In this document: piece after piece, positions 11,951 to 20,934 of the stretch
Position numbering within the stretch: the stretch's first letter is position 1
How the letters are laid out: each line of letters starts with the position of its first letter
NCBI RefSeq assembly: GCF_048403405.1
Contig: NZ_CP183129.1
Reading direction: 5' to 3' (one strand)
DNA: 64,000 nt
Origin: Escherichia coli
Lineage (GTDB): Bacteria > Pseudomonadota > Gammaproteobacteria > Enterobacterales > Enterobacteriaceae
Program-made: the position numbers and the translations under genes
The notes under the pieces: model-generated
Told to the model about the DNA's origin: nothing
The model's input: the letters and a program-made list of their open reading frames with translations, nothing else
The model's database searches: none

Positions 11951-13693
11951 ATGATAAAACCGACGTTTTTACGCCGGGTAGCCATTGCTGCTCTGCTCTC
12001 AGGAAGTTGTTTTAGCGCCGCCGCCGCGCCTCCTCCGCCACCTGTTTCTTATGGCGTGGAGGAAGATGTCTTCCATCCGGTACGCGCGAAACAGGGGATG
12101 GTGGCGTCTGTAGATGCTACTGCCACTCAGGTGGGCGTGGATATCCTCAAGGAGGGCGGGAATGCCGTTGATGCTGCCGTGGCGGTGGGCTACGCGCTGG
12201 CGGTAACGCATCCGCAGGCGGGGAATCTGGGCGGCGGTGGTTTTATGCTGATCCGCTCGAAAAATGGCAATACCACCGCTATCGATTTCCGCGAAATGGC
12301 ACCCGCCAAAGCGACCCGCGATATGTTCCTTGATGATCAGGGTAACCCGGACAGCAAAAAATCACTCACTTCGCATCTGGCCTCCGGTACGCCAGGTACG
12401 GTCGCAGGTTTCTCGCTGGCGCTGGAGAAGTACGGCACCATGCCGTTAAATAAAGTGGTGCAGCCGGCGTTTAAACTGGCACGCGATGGTTTTATCGTTA
12501 ATGACGCGCTGGCTGACGATCTCAAAACCTACGGTAGCGAAGTGTTGCCGAATCACGAAAACAGCAAGGCTATCTTCTGGAAAGAGGGCGCGCCGCTGAA
12601 AAAGGGCGACAAGCTGGTGCAGGCGAACCTGGCAAAGAGCCTGGAGATGATTGCCGAAAACGGCCCGGACGAATTCTACAAAGGCACGATAGCGGAACAG
12701 ATTGCCCAGGAGATGCAGAAAAACGGTGGCTTGATCACTAAAGAAGATTTAGCGGCGTATAAAGCGGTCGAACGTACACCGATTAGCGGCGATTATCGCG
12801 GGTATCAGGTTTACTCCATGCCACCGCCATCTTCCGGCGGGATCCATATCGTACAAATCCTCAATATTCTGGAAAACTTCGATATGAAGAAATACGGCTT
12901 TGGCAGCGCCGACGCGATGCAAATCATGGCAGAAGCTGAGAAATATGCCTACGCCGACCGCTCGGAATATCTTGGCGACCCGGATTTTGTCAAAGTTCCG
13001 TGGCAGGCGCTGACCAATAAAGCCTATGCCAAATCTATTGCCGATCAAATCGATATCAATAAAGCGAAGCCATCCAGCGAAATTCGCCCCGGCAAGCTTG
13101 CGCCTTATGAGAGTAATCAAACTACCCATTACTCAGTGGTGGATAAAGACGGCAACGCGGTAGCGGTGACCTATACGCTGAACACCACCTTCGGGACGGG
13201 CATTGTCGCGGGCGAGAGCGGTATTCTGCTTAATAACCAGATGGATGATTTCTCCGCCAAACCTGGCGTACCGAACGTTTACGGGCTGGTGGGTGGTGAC
13301 GCCAACGCGGTCGGGCCGAATAAACGCCCGCTGTCGTCGATGTCCCCAACCATTGTGGTGAAAGACGGTAAAACCTGGTTAGTGACTGGTAGCCCAGGCG
13401 GTAGCCGGATCATCACTACCGTGCTGCAAATGGTGGTGAACAGCATCGATTATGGTATGAATGTCGCCGAAGCGACCAATGCACCGCGTTTCCACCATCA
13501 GTGGTTGCCGGACGAGCTGCGTGTCGAGAAAGGATTTAGCCCGGATACGCTCAAGCTGCTGGAAGCAAAAGGTCAGAAAGTGGCGCTGAAAGAGGCGATG
13601 GGCAGTACACAAAGCATTATGGTTGGGCCGGACGGTGAGCTGTACGGTGCATCCGATCCGCGCTCGGTGGATGATTTAACGGCGGGGTATTAA
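11951..13693 (+). CDS. ggt: Gamma-glutamyltranspeptidase Ggt (580 aa)
   Basis: ORF 11924..13693; start taken at MIKPTFLRRVAIAALLSG (11951); catalytic TTHYSVVD segment present. Confidence 0.93.
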   Translation: MIKPTFLRRVAIAALLSGSCFSAAAAPPPPPVSYGVEEDVFHPVRAKQGMVASVDATATQVGVDILKEGGNAVDAAVAVGYALAVTHPQAGNLGGGGFMLIRSKNGNTTAIDFREMAPAKATRDMFLDDQGNPDSKKSLTSHLASGTPGTVAGFSLALEKYGTMPLNKVVQPAFKLARDGFIVNDALADDLKTYGSEVLPNHENSKAIFWKEGAPLKKGDKLVQANLAKSLEMIAENGPDEFYKGTIAEQIAQEMQKNGGLITKEDLAAYKAVERTPISGDYRGYQVYSMPPPSSGGIHIVQILNILENFDMKKYGFGSADAMQIMAEAEKYAYADRSEYLGDPDFVKVPWQALTNKAYAKSIADQIDINKAKPSSEIRPGKLAPYESNQTTHYSVVDKDGNAVAVTYTLNTTFGTGIVAGESGILLNNQMDDFSAKPGVPNVYGLVGGDANAVGPNKRPLSSMSPTIVVKDGKTWLVTGSPGGSRIITTVLQMVVNSIDYGMNVAEATNAPRFHHQWLPDELRVEKGFSPDTLKLLEAKGQKVALKEAMGSTQSIMVGPDGELYGASDPRSVDDLTAGY

Positions 13694-13698
13694 GGTTA

Positions 13699-13726
13699 GC
13701 GGCCCTCTTCGTGGGAAGAGGGCCGT
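13699..13726. terminator. Bidirectional terminator hairpin between convergent ggt and yrhB
   Basis: ggccctcttc-gtgg-gaagagggcc perfect hairpin. Confidence 0.5.
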
Positions 13727-13730
13727 ATTG

Positions 13731-14015
13731 TCAGGGCAAGCCGAAGGTAGCCTTTTTTATTTCATAATCCTGTAGATATTCTTCCAGCGGCTTTGCCGTT
13801 CCCAGAGAATGAATTTCACCACTATCTTTATCAATAATAAAAGGTGCGTTACCAGCTAAGCGCGCGGCCTCATCTCCAGATTCAAGAAATTCTTGTGATT
13901 CGAAACAGAAATACCAGCCCTGGCTAAAACGTCCATGCAGAGTGATGACGACAGGGAGATCTGCATCATCAAGGTAATGGTTCGCTTTCGCGAATGCGTC
14001 GTGATAAGTAATCAT
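13731..14015 (-). CDS. yrhB: YrhB (94 aa small protein)
   Basis: ORF track 94 aa MITYHDAFAKANHYLDDADLPVVITLHGRF...; matches recalled YrhB and its position beside ggt. Confidence 0.75.
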   Translation of the reverse strand: MITYHDAFAKANHYLDDADLPVVITLHGRFSQGWYFCFESQEFLESGDEAARLAGNAPFIIDKDSGEIHSLGTAKPLEEYLQDYEIKKATFGLP

Positions 14016-14464
14016 AATTATAATAAATATTATTGTTGATCGTTATATTATTATTCTTGCGTTATACTTTGAGAAAAGACGCGTTCATCTTCGTCAAAGA
14101 TATTATTAAATGCTGGTTTTGAAAAAAGTTCATCGGATAATATACAGTCACGAAATAAGTATCTGCTAATATTTTGTGATTTCTTTTTCAGAACGTCGAA
14201 CGGGATTTTCTTATTTAAGATATCAGAATCTTATGATTCGGGTGAAATTCTAACTAAATCAACATGTCACTAAAATCATCATAGCCATTAGCTATTTCGG
14301 CTAAAATAGAGATTACATGTCTTCGGTCCATCTCACTTAAGGAGTGTAGTTCCGTTGTAAGTTTTTCCATAGCTTGCATTGCTAAGTTTCGAACAAGGAA
14401 TTTTCTGCTGGTAATCTCTAAAAAGATGGCATGGTTTACAATGATTTTTGTTACCTTTTGATTA

Positions 14465-14959
14465 TTATGAACAACTGTCCATGATTTCGTTTAAGAATGA
14501 AGAGAAATCACTAAACGAACTGAATATATTTTCGGTGCCAATATTATCTCTAATTTCAAAAAAGTTACTTTTAATGTCATAAGTAAATATTGAAATGCTA
14601 TCATCCCCGATCACTAACCGTTCTTGTAGATCAGGGTTTATGAAATCATCATTATTTCTATAAAATTCATTTACGGCAAAAAGGTTTTTAACTGAAGGTT
14701 CTGGAATCGAGAGGCTAAATAATCGTAATCCATTAGCTTCGAATCCATCCATTGCTCTTAAAAAAGTAAGATAATCAGGTTGATTCTTAAAAAAAATACT
14801 AACTTCATTACATAACTTCTCCAGGCAATTAGTTGAATTAGAATTAAATTCTATTTGGATTATACTTTCAATAAATGATTCCTTAAGCGGTGCTTCAAAT
14901 GGATAGTCTAAATCATTCATCATTTTTTTTAATTTATTTATTTGGGTCTTAGTCATCAT
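14465..14959 (-). CDS. Putative immunity protein for the upstream Hcp-nuclease effector (164 aa; likely intact equivalent of K-12 yrhA)
   Basis: Start ATG overlaps the stop of the upstream toxin ORF by 4 nt (ATGA); acidic, AT-rich; no recognisable catalytic motif. Immunity role inferred from context. Confidence 0.6.
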   Translation of the reverse strand: MMTKTQINKLKKMMNDLDYPFEAPLKESFIESIIQIEFNSNSTNCLEKLCNEVSIFFKNQPDYLTFLRAMDGFEANGLRLFSLSIPEPSVKNLFAVNEFYRNNDDFINPDLQERLVIGDDSISIFTYDIKSNFFEIRDNIGTENIFSSFSDFSSFLNEIMDSCS

Positions 14960-16134
14960 TTTGTGGGTTCCATAATATTTTTCATGGGAGGATAAATTGA
15001 GCCAGATGGAATGGCCCAGTGAGTGATTTTGCTTTCACCTACTAATATTCCCTTAGCTATTCGTGATTGCATGTTAGTAAAAACTTTATGATATGGTTCG
15101 TTTTCGATTAATACTAAATTTTCGAAATCGTTAGCACCACCATCATCTAGAGATAGTTTATGGTGAACATTATAATTTAGAGGAACATTGCCCTTTCTCA
15201 TTCTTAAAAGGTCTTCGGCGTTGAATCTTTCAGATGCTTCGGAGGTTTTTGCAAGTTTGATAAGAAAATTTTTTCTTACAGTTTTATTAAACTCCTTTCG
15301 TAAGTTAGCTAAGTCTTTTGAAGGTCTCTTAATGTATATTATTTCTATTATGTCTATACCATCAAGAAGTTTTTGTTGACCTCTAAGTTTGCCTAAGTAA
15401 CTATTTATTTCTGTATATGTATCAACATTAGAACGCTTTGTTAAAAGAATAGATGCTGTTGCTATCGCTATGCCCGCTGTTTTTTCATTTAGTATTTGAT
15501 CATAGCCTTTTATTGCATCTCCACCCAGTTTTTCCGCAGTATCTCTGAATCCTTCAATGTTCCCATTGTATACGCCACCAGCAGCAAGTAGCCTGCCAAT
15601 AGCTTTGCTGTTTAACGCTTTTAAACCATTATTTGTTTGGTTTTTTGAATTTGGTAAAACCAAACGGTTATAATTTTCAGGGAGTGCCAAATAGCTGAAC
15701 TCGGTATTTGCGATAAGATGTTGACAGAGGATAAATTCATAACTAACAGTTATTGTTTCTGTATCCAGTTGATTTTGAATGATCTGATGATGAATAGCCG
15801 ATAAAAAAGCGCCTCTTAGTTGTATATAATAATACTTTTCCCATCTACCAAATCTATTGATTCTATAAAAGTCAAATTCCATAAATAATTGCTCATTATT
15901 GTTAATGGAATTAATAAGTAATGGAGTGCTTTTATCAATTAATTTACAAAATGTCATACCCTGTAACTGTGAACCAAGTCCCGTATTAGTAATTCTATTT
16001 GCGAGTGAGAATGTAAATATTTCATCCTCATGCCCACTCTGCCAGCGATTACCTATAGATTCAGTAGTCCCACAACCTGCGGAGATGTTTCCTTGTTGTT
16101 CTCCCGTTACTGTCAGGTAAACAATATTACTCAT
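14956..16134 (-). CDS. yhhZ: Hcp-domain protein fused to a C-terminal HNH-type nuclease toxin domain (T6SS Hcp-effector, 392 aa)
   Basis: N-terminus is Hcp-like (MSNIVYLTVTGEQQGN...KLIDKSTPLL); C-terminus has NYNVHHKLSLDDGGANDFENLVLIENEPYH (HNH/colicin-DNase-like His motif); AT-rich. Confidence 0.75.
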   Translation of the reverse strand: MSNIVYLTVTGEQQGNISAGCGTTESIGNRWQSGHEDEIFTFSLANRITNTGLGSQLQGMTFCKLIDKSTPLLINSINNNEQLFMEFDFYRINRFGRWEKYYYIQLRGAFLSAIHHQIIQNQLDTETITVSYEFILCQHLIANTEFSYLALPENYNRLVLPNSKNQTNNGLKALNSKAIGRLLAAGGVYNGNIEGFRDTAEKLGGDAIKGYDQILNEKTAGIAIATASILLTKRSNVDTYTEINSYLGKLRGQQKLLDGIDIIEIIYIKRPSKDLANLRKEFNKTVRKNFLIKLAKTSEASERFNAEDLLRMRKGNVPLNYNVHHKLSLDDGGANDFENLVLIENEPYHKVFTNMQSRIAKGILVGESKITHWAIPSGSIYPPMKNIMEPTK

Positions 16135-16369
16135 CCATGAAAAGTCCTTTTATGGCATGCTATTTTATCAATGGAACTATTATGCTTGTTAATTGTTATT
16201 TATTTACTCCAGGAAATTGTAGGCGTATATATTAAAAAATAAAATATTACACTTTAGGACGTAATCATGAGGTAAATCTTATATATTTATTGGGAAAATA
16301 AATACATTAAAGGAAGGTATGCCGATTTTGAATGACACCCTTTTTCCATCTCAGAAAAAGGGCACTATC

Positions 16370-16858
16370 TTACTTCACCCGCGCCATATAATACGCATCG
16401 ACATATTCACCATTACGTAATGCGTACTTCTTGCCAGTCCCTTCAATCTCAAATCCAAATTTTTTATAGACCTTAATTGCTGGCGCGTTATCGATGAACA
16501 CCGTTAGCTCAATACGATCTACCCGCAACCAGTTGTCGCACATTTCAATCATCTCTCGCATCAGGGCGCTGGCGACGCCGCGATTCTTCCAACGGGAGTC
16601 GACACAAATACCAAAATCTGCAACATGACTGCGGCGTGGGCGCTGTTGCACGTCAATGGTGAGATGGCCCACGACGTCTCCATCAATACAGGCGACGAGT
16701 TGCTTGATGCCGGGGCGATCGGCGAGTCGCTCCTGCCACATATGATCGGAGGGATGAGGCACCTGTAGCGTGTTGCAATACACCTCCGGCTGGGCGTGAA
16801 TCTGCCTGATGGCCTCGTAATCCCGTGTTTCTGCGTGGCGTATCACTATCTCACTCAT
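16370..16858 (-). CDS. yhhY: GNAT N-acetyltransferase YhhY (162 aa)
   Basis: ORF 16370..16936; start taken at MSEIVIRHAETRDYEAIRQIH (16858); GNAT motif RWKNRGVASALM. Confidence 0.85.
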   Translation of the reverse strand: MSEIVIRHAETRDYEAIRQIHAQPEVYCNTLQVPHPSDHMWQERLADRPGIKQLVACIDGDVVGHLTIDVQQRPRRSHVADFGICVDSRWKNRGVASALMREMIEMCDNWLRVDRIELTVFIDNAPAIKVYKKFGFEIEGTGKKYALRNGEYVDAYYMARVK

Positions 16859-16949
16859 TCCTTTGTCCTCTTTGGGGTAAATGTCCCTTTCAACATCATT
16901 GACTTTCAAATGCGAGTCAAATGCATTTTTTTGCAAAAAGTGTTGGACA

Positions 16950-16979
16950 AGTGCGAATGAGAATGATTATTATTGTCTC
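16950..16979 (+). promoter_or_regulatory. ryhB promoter with Fur box
   Basis: gcgaatgagaatgattattattgtc matches the Fur consensus GATAATGATAATCATTATC and lies immediately upstream of the RyhB 5' end. Confidence 0.75.
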
Positions 16980-17069
16980 GCGATCAGGAAGACCCTCGCG
17001 GAGAACCTGAAAGCACGACATTGCTCACATTGCTTCCAGTATTACTTAGCCAGCCGGGTGCTGGCTTTT
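16980..17069 (+). ncRNA. ryhB: RyhB small RNA (Fur-repressed, iron-sparing regulator)
   Basis: gcgatcaggaagaccctcgcggagaacctgaaagcacgacattgctcacattgcttccagtattacttagccagccgggtgctggctttt matches recalled RyhB; ends in a GC hairpin plus U-run; lies between yhhY and yhhX. Confidence 0.9.
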
Positions 17070-17190
17070 TTTTGATCTTTCGTTTTCAATTTATCCACGG
17101 GAAGTGCTTGTGTTCGTTATGCGCACTCCAGTAGGAACCACGTCCGCTTTGCGCTAAGGTGTAAATAATCACCTTAAAAAGGACGAAATC

Positions 17191-18228
17191 ATGGTCATCA
17201 ACTGCGCCTTTATTGGCTTCGGCAAAAGCACCACCCGTTACCATCTGCCGTATGTACTTAACCGCAAGGATAGCTGGCATGTCGCGCATATTTTTCGCCG
17301 CCATGCGAAGCCGGAAGAACAGGCCCCAATTTATTCCCATATCCATTTCACCAGCGATCTCGACGAAGTGCTAAACGATCCTGATGTTAAGCTGGTTGTT
17401 GTCTGCACCCACGCGGACAGCCATTTCGAATACGCGAAGCGCGCGCTGGAAGCCGGGAAAAATGTGCTGGTCGAAAAACCGTTCACCCCGACGCTTGCCC
17501 AGGCGAAGGAGCTGTTTGAGTTGGCGAAAAGCAAAGGGCTGACCGTCACGCCGTATCAGAATCGTCGCTTTGATTCCTGCTTCCTGACAGCGAAAAAAGC
17601 GATTGAAAGCGGCAAGTTGGGAGAGATTGTCGAAGTGGAAAGCCATTTTGACTATTACCGCCCGGTGGCAGAAACCAAACCTGGACTGCCGCAGGATGGC
17701 GCGTTTTATGGCCTTGGTGTGCATACGATGGACCAGATTATTTCTCTGTTCGGTCGCCCGGATCACGTCGCTTATGACATCCGCAGCCTGCGTAATAAAG
17801 CCAATCCTGACGACACCTTTGAAGCGCAGCTGTTTTATGGCGACCTGAAAGCCATCGTCAAAACCAGCCATCTGGTGAAAATCGATTATCCGAAATTTAT
17901 CGTTCACGGTAAGAAAGGTTCGTTTATTAAATACGGTATCGACCAGCAGGAAACCAGCCTCAAGGCTAATATTATGCCGGGCGAACCGGGATTCGCGGCG
18001 GATGATTCGGTCGGTGTGCTGGAGTATGTCAATGACGAGGGCGTGACGGTCAGAGAAGAGATGAAGCCAGAAATGGGCGATTATGGGCGCGTTTATGATG
18101 CGTTGTACCAAACCATCGCCAACGGTGCGCCAAATTACGTCAAGGAATCTGAAGTTCTTACCAATCTGGAAATCCTTGAACGAGGATTTGAGCAAGCCTC
18201 TCCCTCCACAGTGACTCTCGCGAAGTAA
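17191..18228 (+). CDS. yhhX: Gfo/Idh/MocA-family NAD(P)-dependent oxidoreductase YhhX
   Basis: 345 aa; N-terminal Rossmann motif INCAFIGFGKST. Confidence 0.88.
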   Translation: MVINCAFIGFGKSTTRYHLPYVLNRKDSWHVAHIFRRHAKPEEQAPIYSHIHFTSDLDEVLNDPDVKLVVVCTHADSHFEYAKRALEAGKNVLVEKPFTPTLAQAKELFELAKSKGLTVTPYQNRRFDSCFLTAKKAIESGKLGEIVEVESHFDYYRPVAETKPGLPQDGAFYGLGVHTMDQIISLFGRPDHVAYDIRSLRNKANPDDTFEAQLFYGDLKAIVKTSHLVKIDYPKFIVHGKKGSFIKYGIDQQETSLKANIMPGEPGFAADDSVGVLEYVNDEGVTVREEMKPEMGDYGRVYDALYQTIANGAPNYVKESEVLTNLEILERGFEQASPSTVTLAK

Positions 18229-18350
18229 GTTTGATGGCCCCTCGAATAGTTCAATTTTTTTGAACAGAGGGGTCAATTTTCACCCTCTATCATCCCAGGC
18301 GGATCGGGTCCACACTAAGCCCATCGAAATCATTCAGGGGGCGAATAAAA

Positions 18351-19046
18351 ATGATCTACTTACGCAAAGCAAATGAACGTGGTCATGCAAATCATGGCTG
18401 GCTGGACTCCTGGCATACTTTCTCTTTTGCCAACTATTACGATCCGAACTTTATGGGCTTCTCCGCGCTGCGCGTGATTAACGACGACGTGATTGAAGCA
18501 GGGCAGGGCTTCGGCACTCACCCGCATAAAGATATGGAAATTTTGACCTACGTGCTGGAAGGTACTGTTGAGCATCAGGACAGCATGGGCAATAAAGAGC
18601 AGGTTCCGGCGGGTGAGTTCCAGATTATGAGTGCGGGTACGGGTATTCGTCACTCAGAGTACAACCCAAGCAGCACCGAGCGTCTGCATCTGTATCAAAT
18701 CTGGATCATGCCAGAAGAAAACGGCATTACGCCGCGTTATGAACAGCGTCGCTTCGATGCCGTACAGGGCAAACAGCTGGTGCTCTCGCCGGATGCGCGT
18801 GATGGTTCGCTGAAAGTGTATCAGGATATGGAACTGTACCGCTGGGCGCTGGTAAAAGATGAGCAGTCGGTGCATCAGATTGCCGCTGAACGCCGCGTCT
18901 GGATTCAGGTGGTGAAAGGCAATGTCACCATTAACGGCGTGAAAGCCTCGACCAGCGATGGTCTGGCAATCTGGGATGAGCAGGCAATCTCCATTCATGC
19001 GGATAGCGACAGCGAAGTGTTACTGTTCGATCTGCCGCCGGTTTAA
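18351..19046 (+). CDS. yhhW: Pirin-like quercetin 2,3-dioxygenase YhhW
   Basis: 231 aa; cupin metal-binding His residues (GFGTHPHKDMEI). Confidence 0.88.
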   Translation: MIYLRKANERGHANHGWLDSWHTFSFANYYDPNFMGFSALRVINDDVIEAGQGFGTHPHKDMEILTYVLEGTVEHQDSMGNKEQVPAGEFQIMSAGTGIRHSEYNPSSTERLHLYQIWIMPEENGITPRYEQRRFDAVQGKQLVLSPDARDGSLKVYQDMELYRWALVKDEQSVHQIAAERRVWIQVVKGNVTINGVKASTSDGLAIWDEQAISIHADSDSEVLLFDLPPV

Positions 19047-19269
19047 AACTCAACGGCATCTTTGAAGCCTGCCTTTTTGCAGGCTTCCTCGCTCGCTCCG
19101 GTCGCGTGCTGATGTACGCTTCCGGGGTTTTGCCGCGTCGTTAGCACAATGCGATGCAATTGATTTAGTGTATATCTAATAATTGTAAACAAGCACTGTT
19201 TTCCCCGGGAAGGTTCTGATGCGTCCGTGTTAAACTAAGAGAATCTATCTCTTTTGTACCTTCAGGACG

Positions 19270-20265
19270 ATGAAAAAGAAAAGACCCGTACTTCAGGATG
19301 TGGCTGACCGTGTAGGCGTGACCAAAATGACGGTCAGCCGTTTTTTACGCAACCCGGAGCAGGTTTCCGTCGCTCTACGCGGCAAGATTGCCGCCGCTCT
19401 TGATGAACTGGGTTATATTCCCAATCGCGCGCCCGATATCCTCTCTAATGCCACCAGCCGGGCGATTGGCGTCCTGTTACCTTCTCTCACCAACCAGGTT
19501 TTCGCGGAAGTATTACGCGGAATCGAAAGCGTCACCGACGCGCACGGTTATCAAACTATGCTGGCGCACTACGGTTATAAACCGGAAATGGAGCAAGAAC
19601 GCCTCGAATCAATGCTCTCATGGAATATCGATGGACTGATCCTCACCGAACGTACCCACACGCCACGCACCTTAAAGATGATTGAAGTGGCGGGGATTCC
19701 GGTGGTGGAGTTGATGGACAGCAAGTCGCCGTGCCTCGATATTGCCGTCGGTTTTGATAACTTTGAAGCGGCACGCCAGATGACCACCGCCATTATTGCT
19801 CGCGGGCATCGCCACATTGCCTATCTCGGCGCACGTCTCGACGAACGTACTATCATCAAACAGAAGGGATACGAACAGGCGATGCTGGATGCAGGCCTGG
19901 TGCCGTATAGCGTGATGGTTGAGCAATCTTCTTCTTACTCTTCCGGTATTGAACTGATTCGCCAGGCGCGGCGGGAATATCCGCAGCTGGATGGCGTGTT
20001 CTGTACCAACGATGACCTGGCGGTCGGCGCGGCGTTTGAATGCCAGCGTCTGGGGTTGAAAGTTCCTGACGATATGGCGATTGCCGGTTTCCACGGTCAT
20101 GACATTGGTCAGGTGATGGAACCACGGTTGGCGAGCGTACTGACGCCGCGTGAGCGGATGGGCAGTATTGGCGCTGAACGCCTGCTGGCGCGTATTCGTG
20201 GCGAATCTGTGACACCGAAAATGTTAGATTTAGGTTTCACCTTGTCACCGGGCGGATCTATTTAA
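19270..20265 (+). CDS. gntR: Gluconate repressor GntR (LacI family)
   Basis: 331 aa; N-terminal HTH LQDVADRVGVTKMTVSRFL; periplasmic-binding-like effector domain. Confidence 0.92.
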   Translation: MKKKRPVLQDVADRVGVTKMTVSRFLRNPEQVSVALRGKIAAALDELGYIPNRAPDILSNATSRAIGVLLPSLTNQVFAEVLRGIESVTDAHGYQTMLAHYGYKPEMEQERLESMLSWNIDGLILTERTHTPRTLKMIEVAGIPVVELMDSKSPCLDIAVGFDNFEAARQMTTAIIARGHRHIAYLGARLDERTIIKQKGYEQAMLDAGLVPYSVMVEQSSSYSSGIELIRQARREYPQLDGVFCTNDDLAVGAAFECQRLGLKVPDDMAIAGFHGHDIGQVMEPRLASVLTPRERMGSIGAERLLARIRGESVTPKMLDLGFTLSPGGSI

Positions 20266-20344
20266 GCCCACAAATTTGAAGTAGCTCACACTTATACACT
20301 TAAGGCACGGATGGATATTGCTTCTGATATTGTCCGGCCGGACA

Positions 20345-20373
20345 ATGTTACCGATAACAGTTACCCGTAACAT
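20345..20373 (+). promoter_or_regulatory. Tandem GntR operator-like palindromes in the gntKU promoter
   Basis: tgttaccgataaca and gttacccgtaac resemble the GntR operator ATGTTACCCGTAACAT; located about 35 bp upstream of the gntK start. Confidence 0.6.
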
Positions 20374-20403
20374 TTTTAATTCTTGTATTGTGGGGGCACC
20401 ACT

Positions 20404-20931
20404 TTGAGCACGACTAACCATGATCACCACATTTACGTCTTGATGGGCGTATCGGGCAGCGGCAAATCTGCGGTCGCCAGTGAAGTGGCGCATCAACTTC
20501 ATGCCGCGTTTCTTGATGGCGATTTCCTCCATCCGCGCTGCAATATCGAAAAAATGGCGTCTGGCGAACCGCTGAATGACGACGATCGCAAACCGTGGTT
20601 GCAGGCGCTGAACGACGCCGCGTTTGCTATGCAGCGCACTAATAAAGTGTCGCTGATTGTCTGTTCCGCACTGAAAAAACACTATCGCGACCTGCTACGC
20701 GCGGGTAATCCGAATCTCTCTTTCATCTACCTGAAAGGCGATTTTGATGTGATTGAAAGCCGCCTGAAAGCGCGCAAAGGCCATTTCTTTAAAACCCAAA
20801 TGTTGGTGACGCAGTTTGAAACGCTGCAGGAGCCGGGTGCGGACGAAACTGATGTACTGGTGGTAGATATCGATCAACCGCTGGAAGGTGTTGTGGCAAG
20901 CACCATTGAGGTTATTAAAAAAGGCAAATAA
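20404..20931 (+). CDS. gntK: Gluconokinase GntK (thermoresistant, 175 aa)
   Basis: ORF 20383..20931 begins at a TTG; native start taken at the TTG at 20404 giving (M)STTNHDHHIYVLMGVSGSGKS (P-loop). Confidence 0.88.
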   Translation: MSTTNHDHHIYVLMGVSGSGKSAVASEVAHQLHAAFLDGDFLHPRCNIEKMASGEPLNDDDRKPWLQALNDAAFAMQRTNKVSLIVCSALKKHYRDLLRAGNPNLSFIYLKGDFDVIESRLKARKGHFFKTQMLVTQFETLQEPGADETDVLVVDIDQPLEGVVASTIEVIKKGK

Positions 20932-20934
20932 GTA

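Noticed and set aside
14016-16369. Checked for an IS element in or near the yhhZ/immunity genes, since I recall IS1 interrupting yrhA in K-12
   Set aside because: No transposase ORF or terminal inverted repeats are present; the immunity ORF is continuous (164 aa). The low GC reflects the toxin island itself, not an IS.
16881-17075. 64-aa + strand ORF overlapping ryhB
   Set aside because: Coincides with the RyhB sRNA and its Fur-regulated promoter; not coding.
17371-18276. 301-aa minus-strand ORF antisense to yhhX
   Set aside because: Fully overlaps the recognised oxidoreductase gene yhhX; low-complexity Arg/Phe-rich sequence; spurious shadow ORF.
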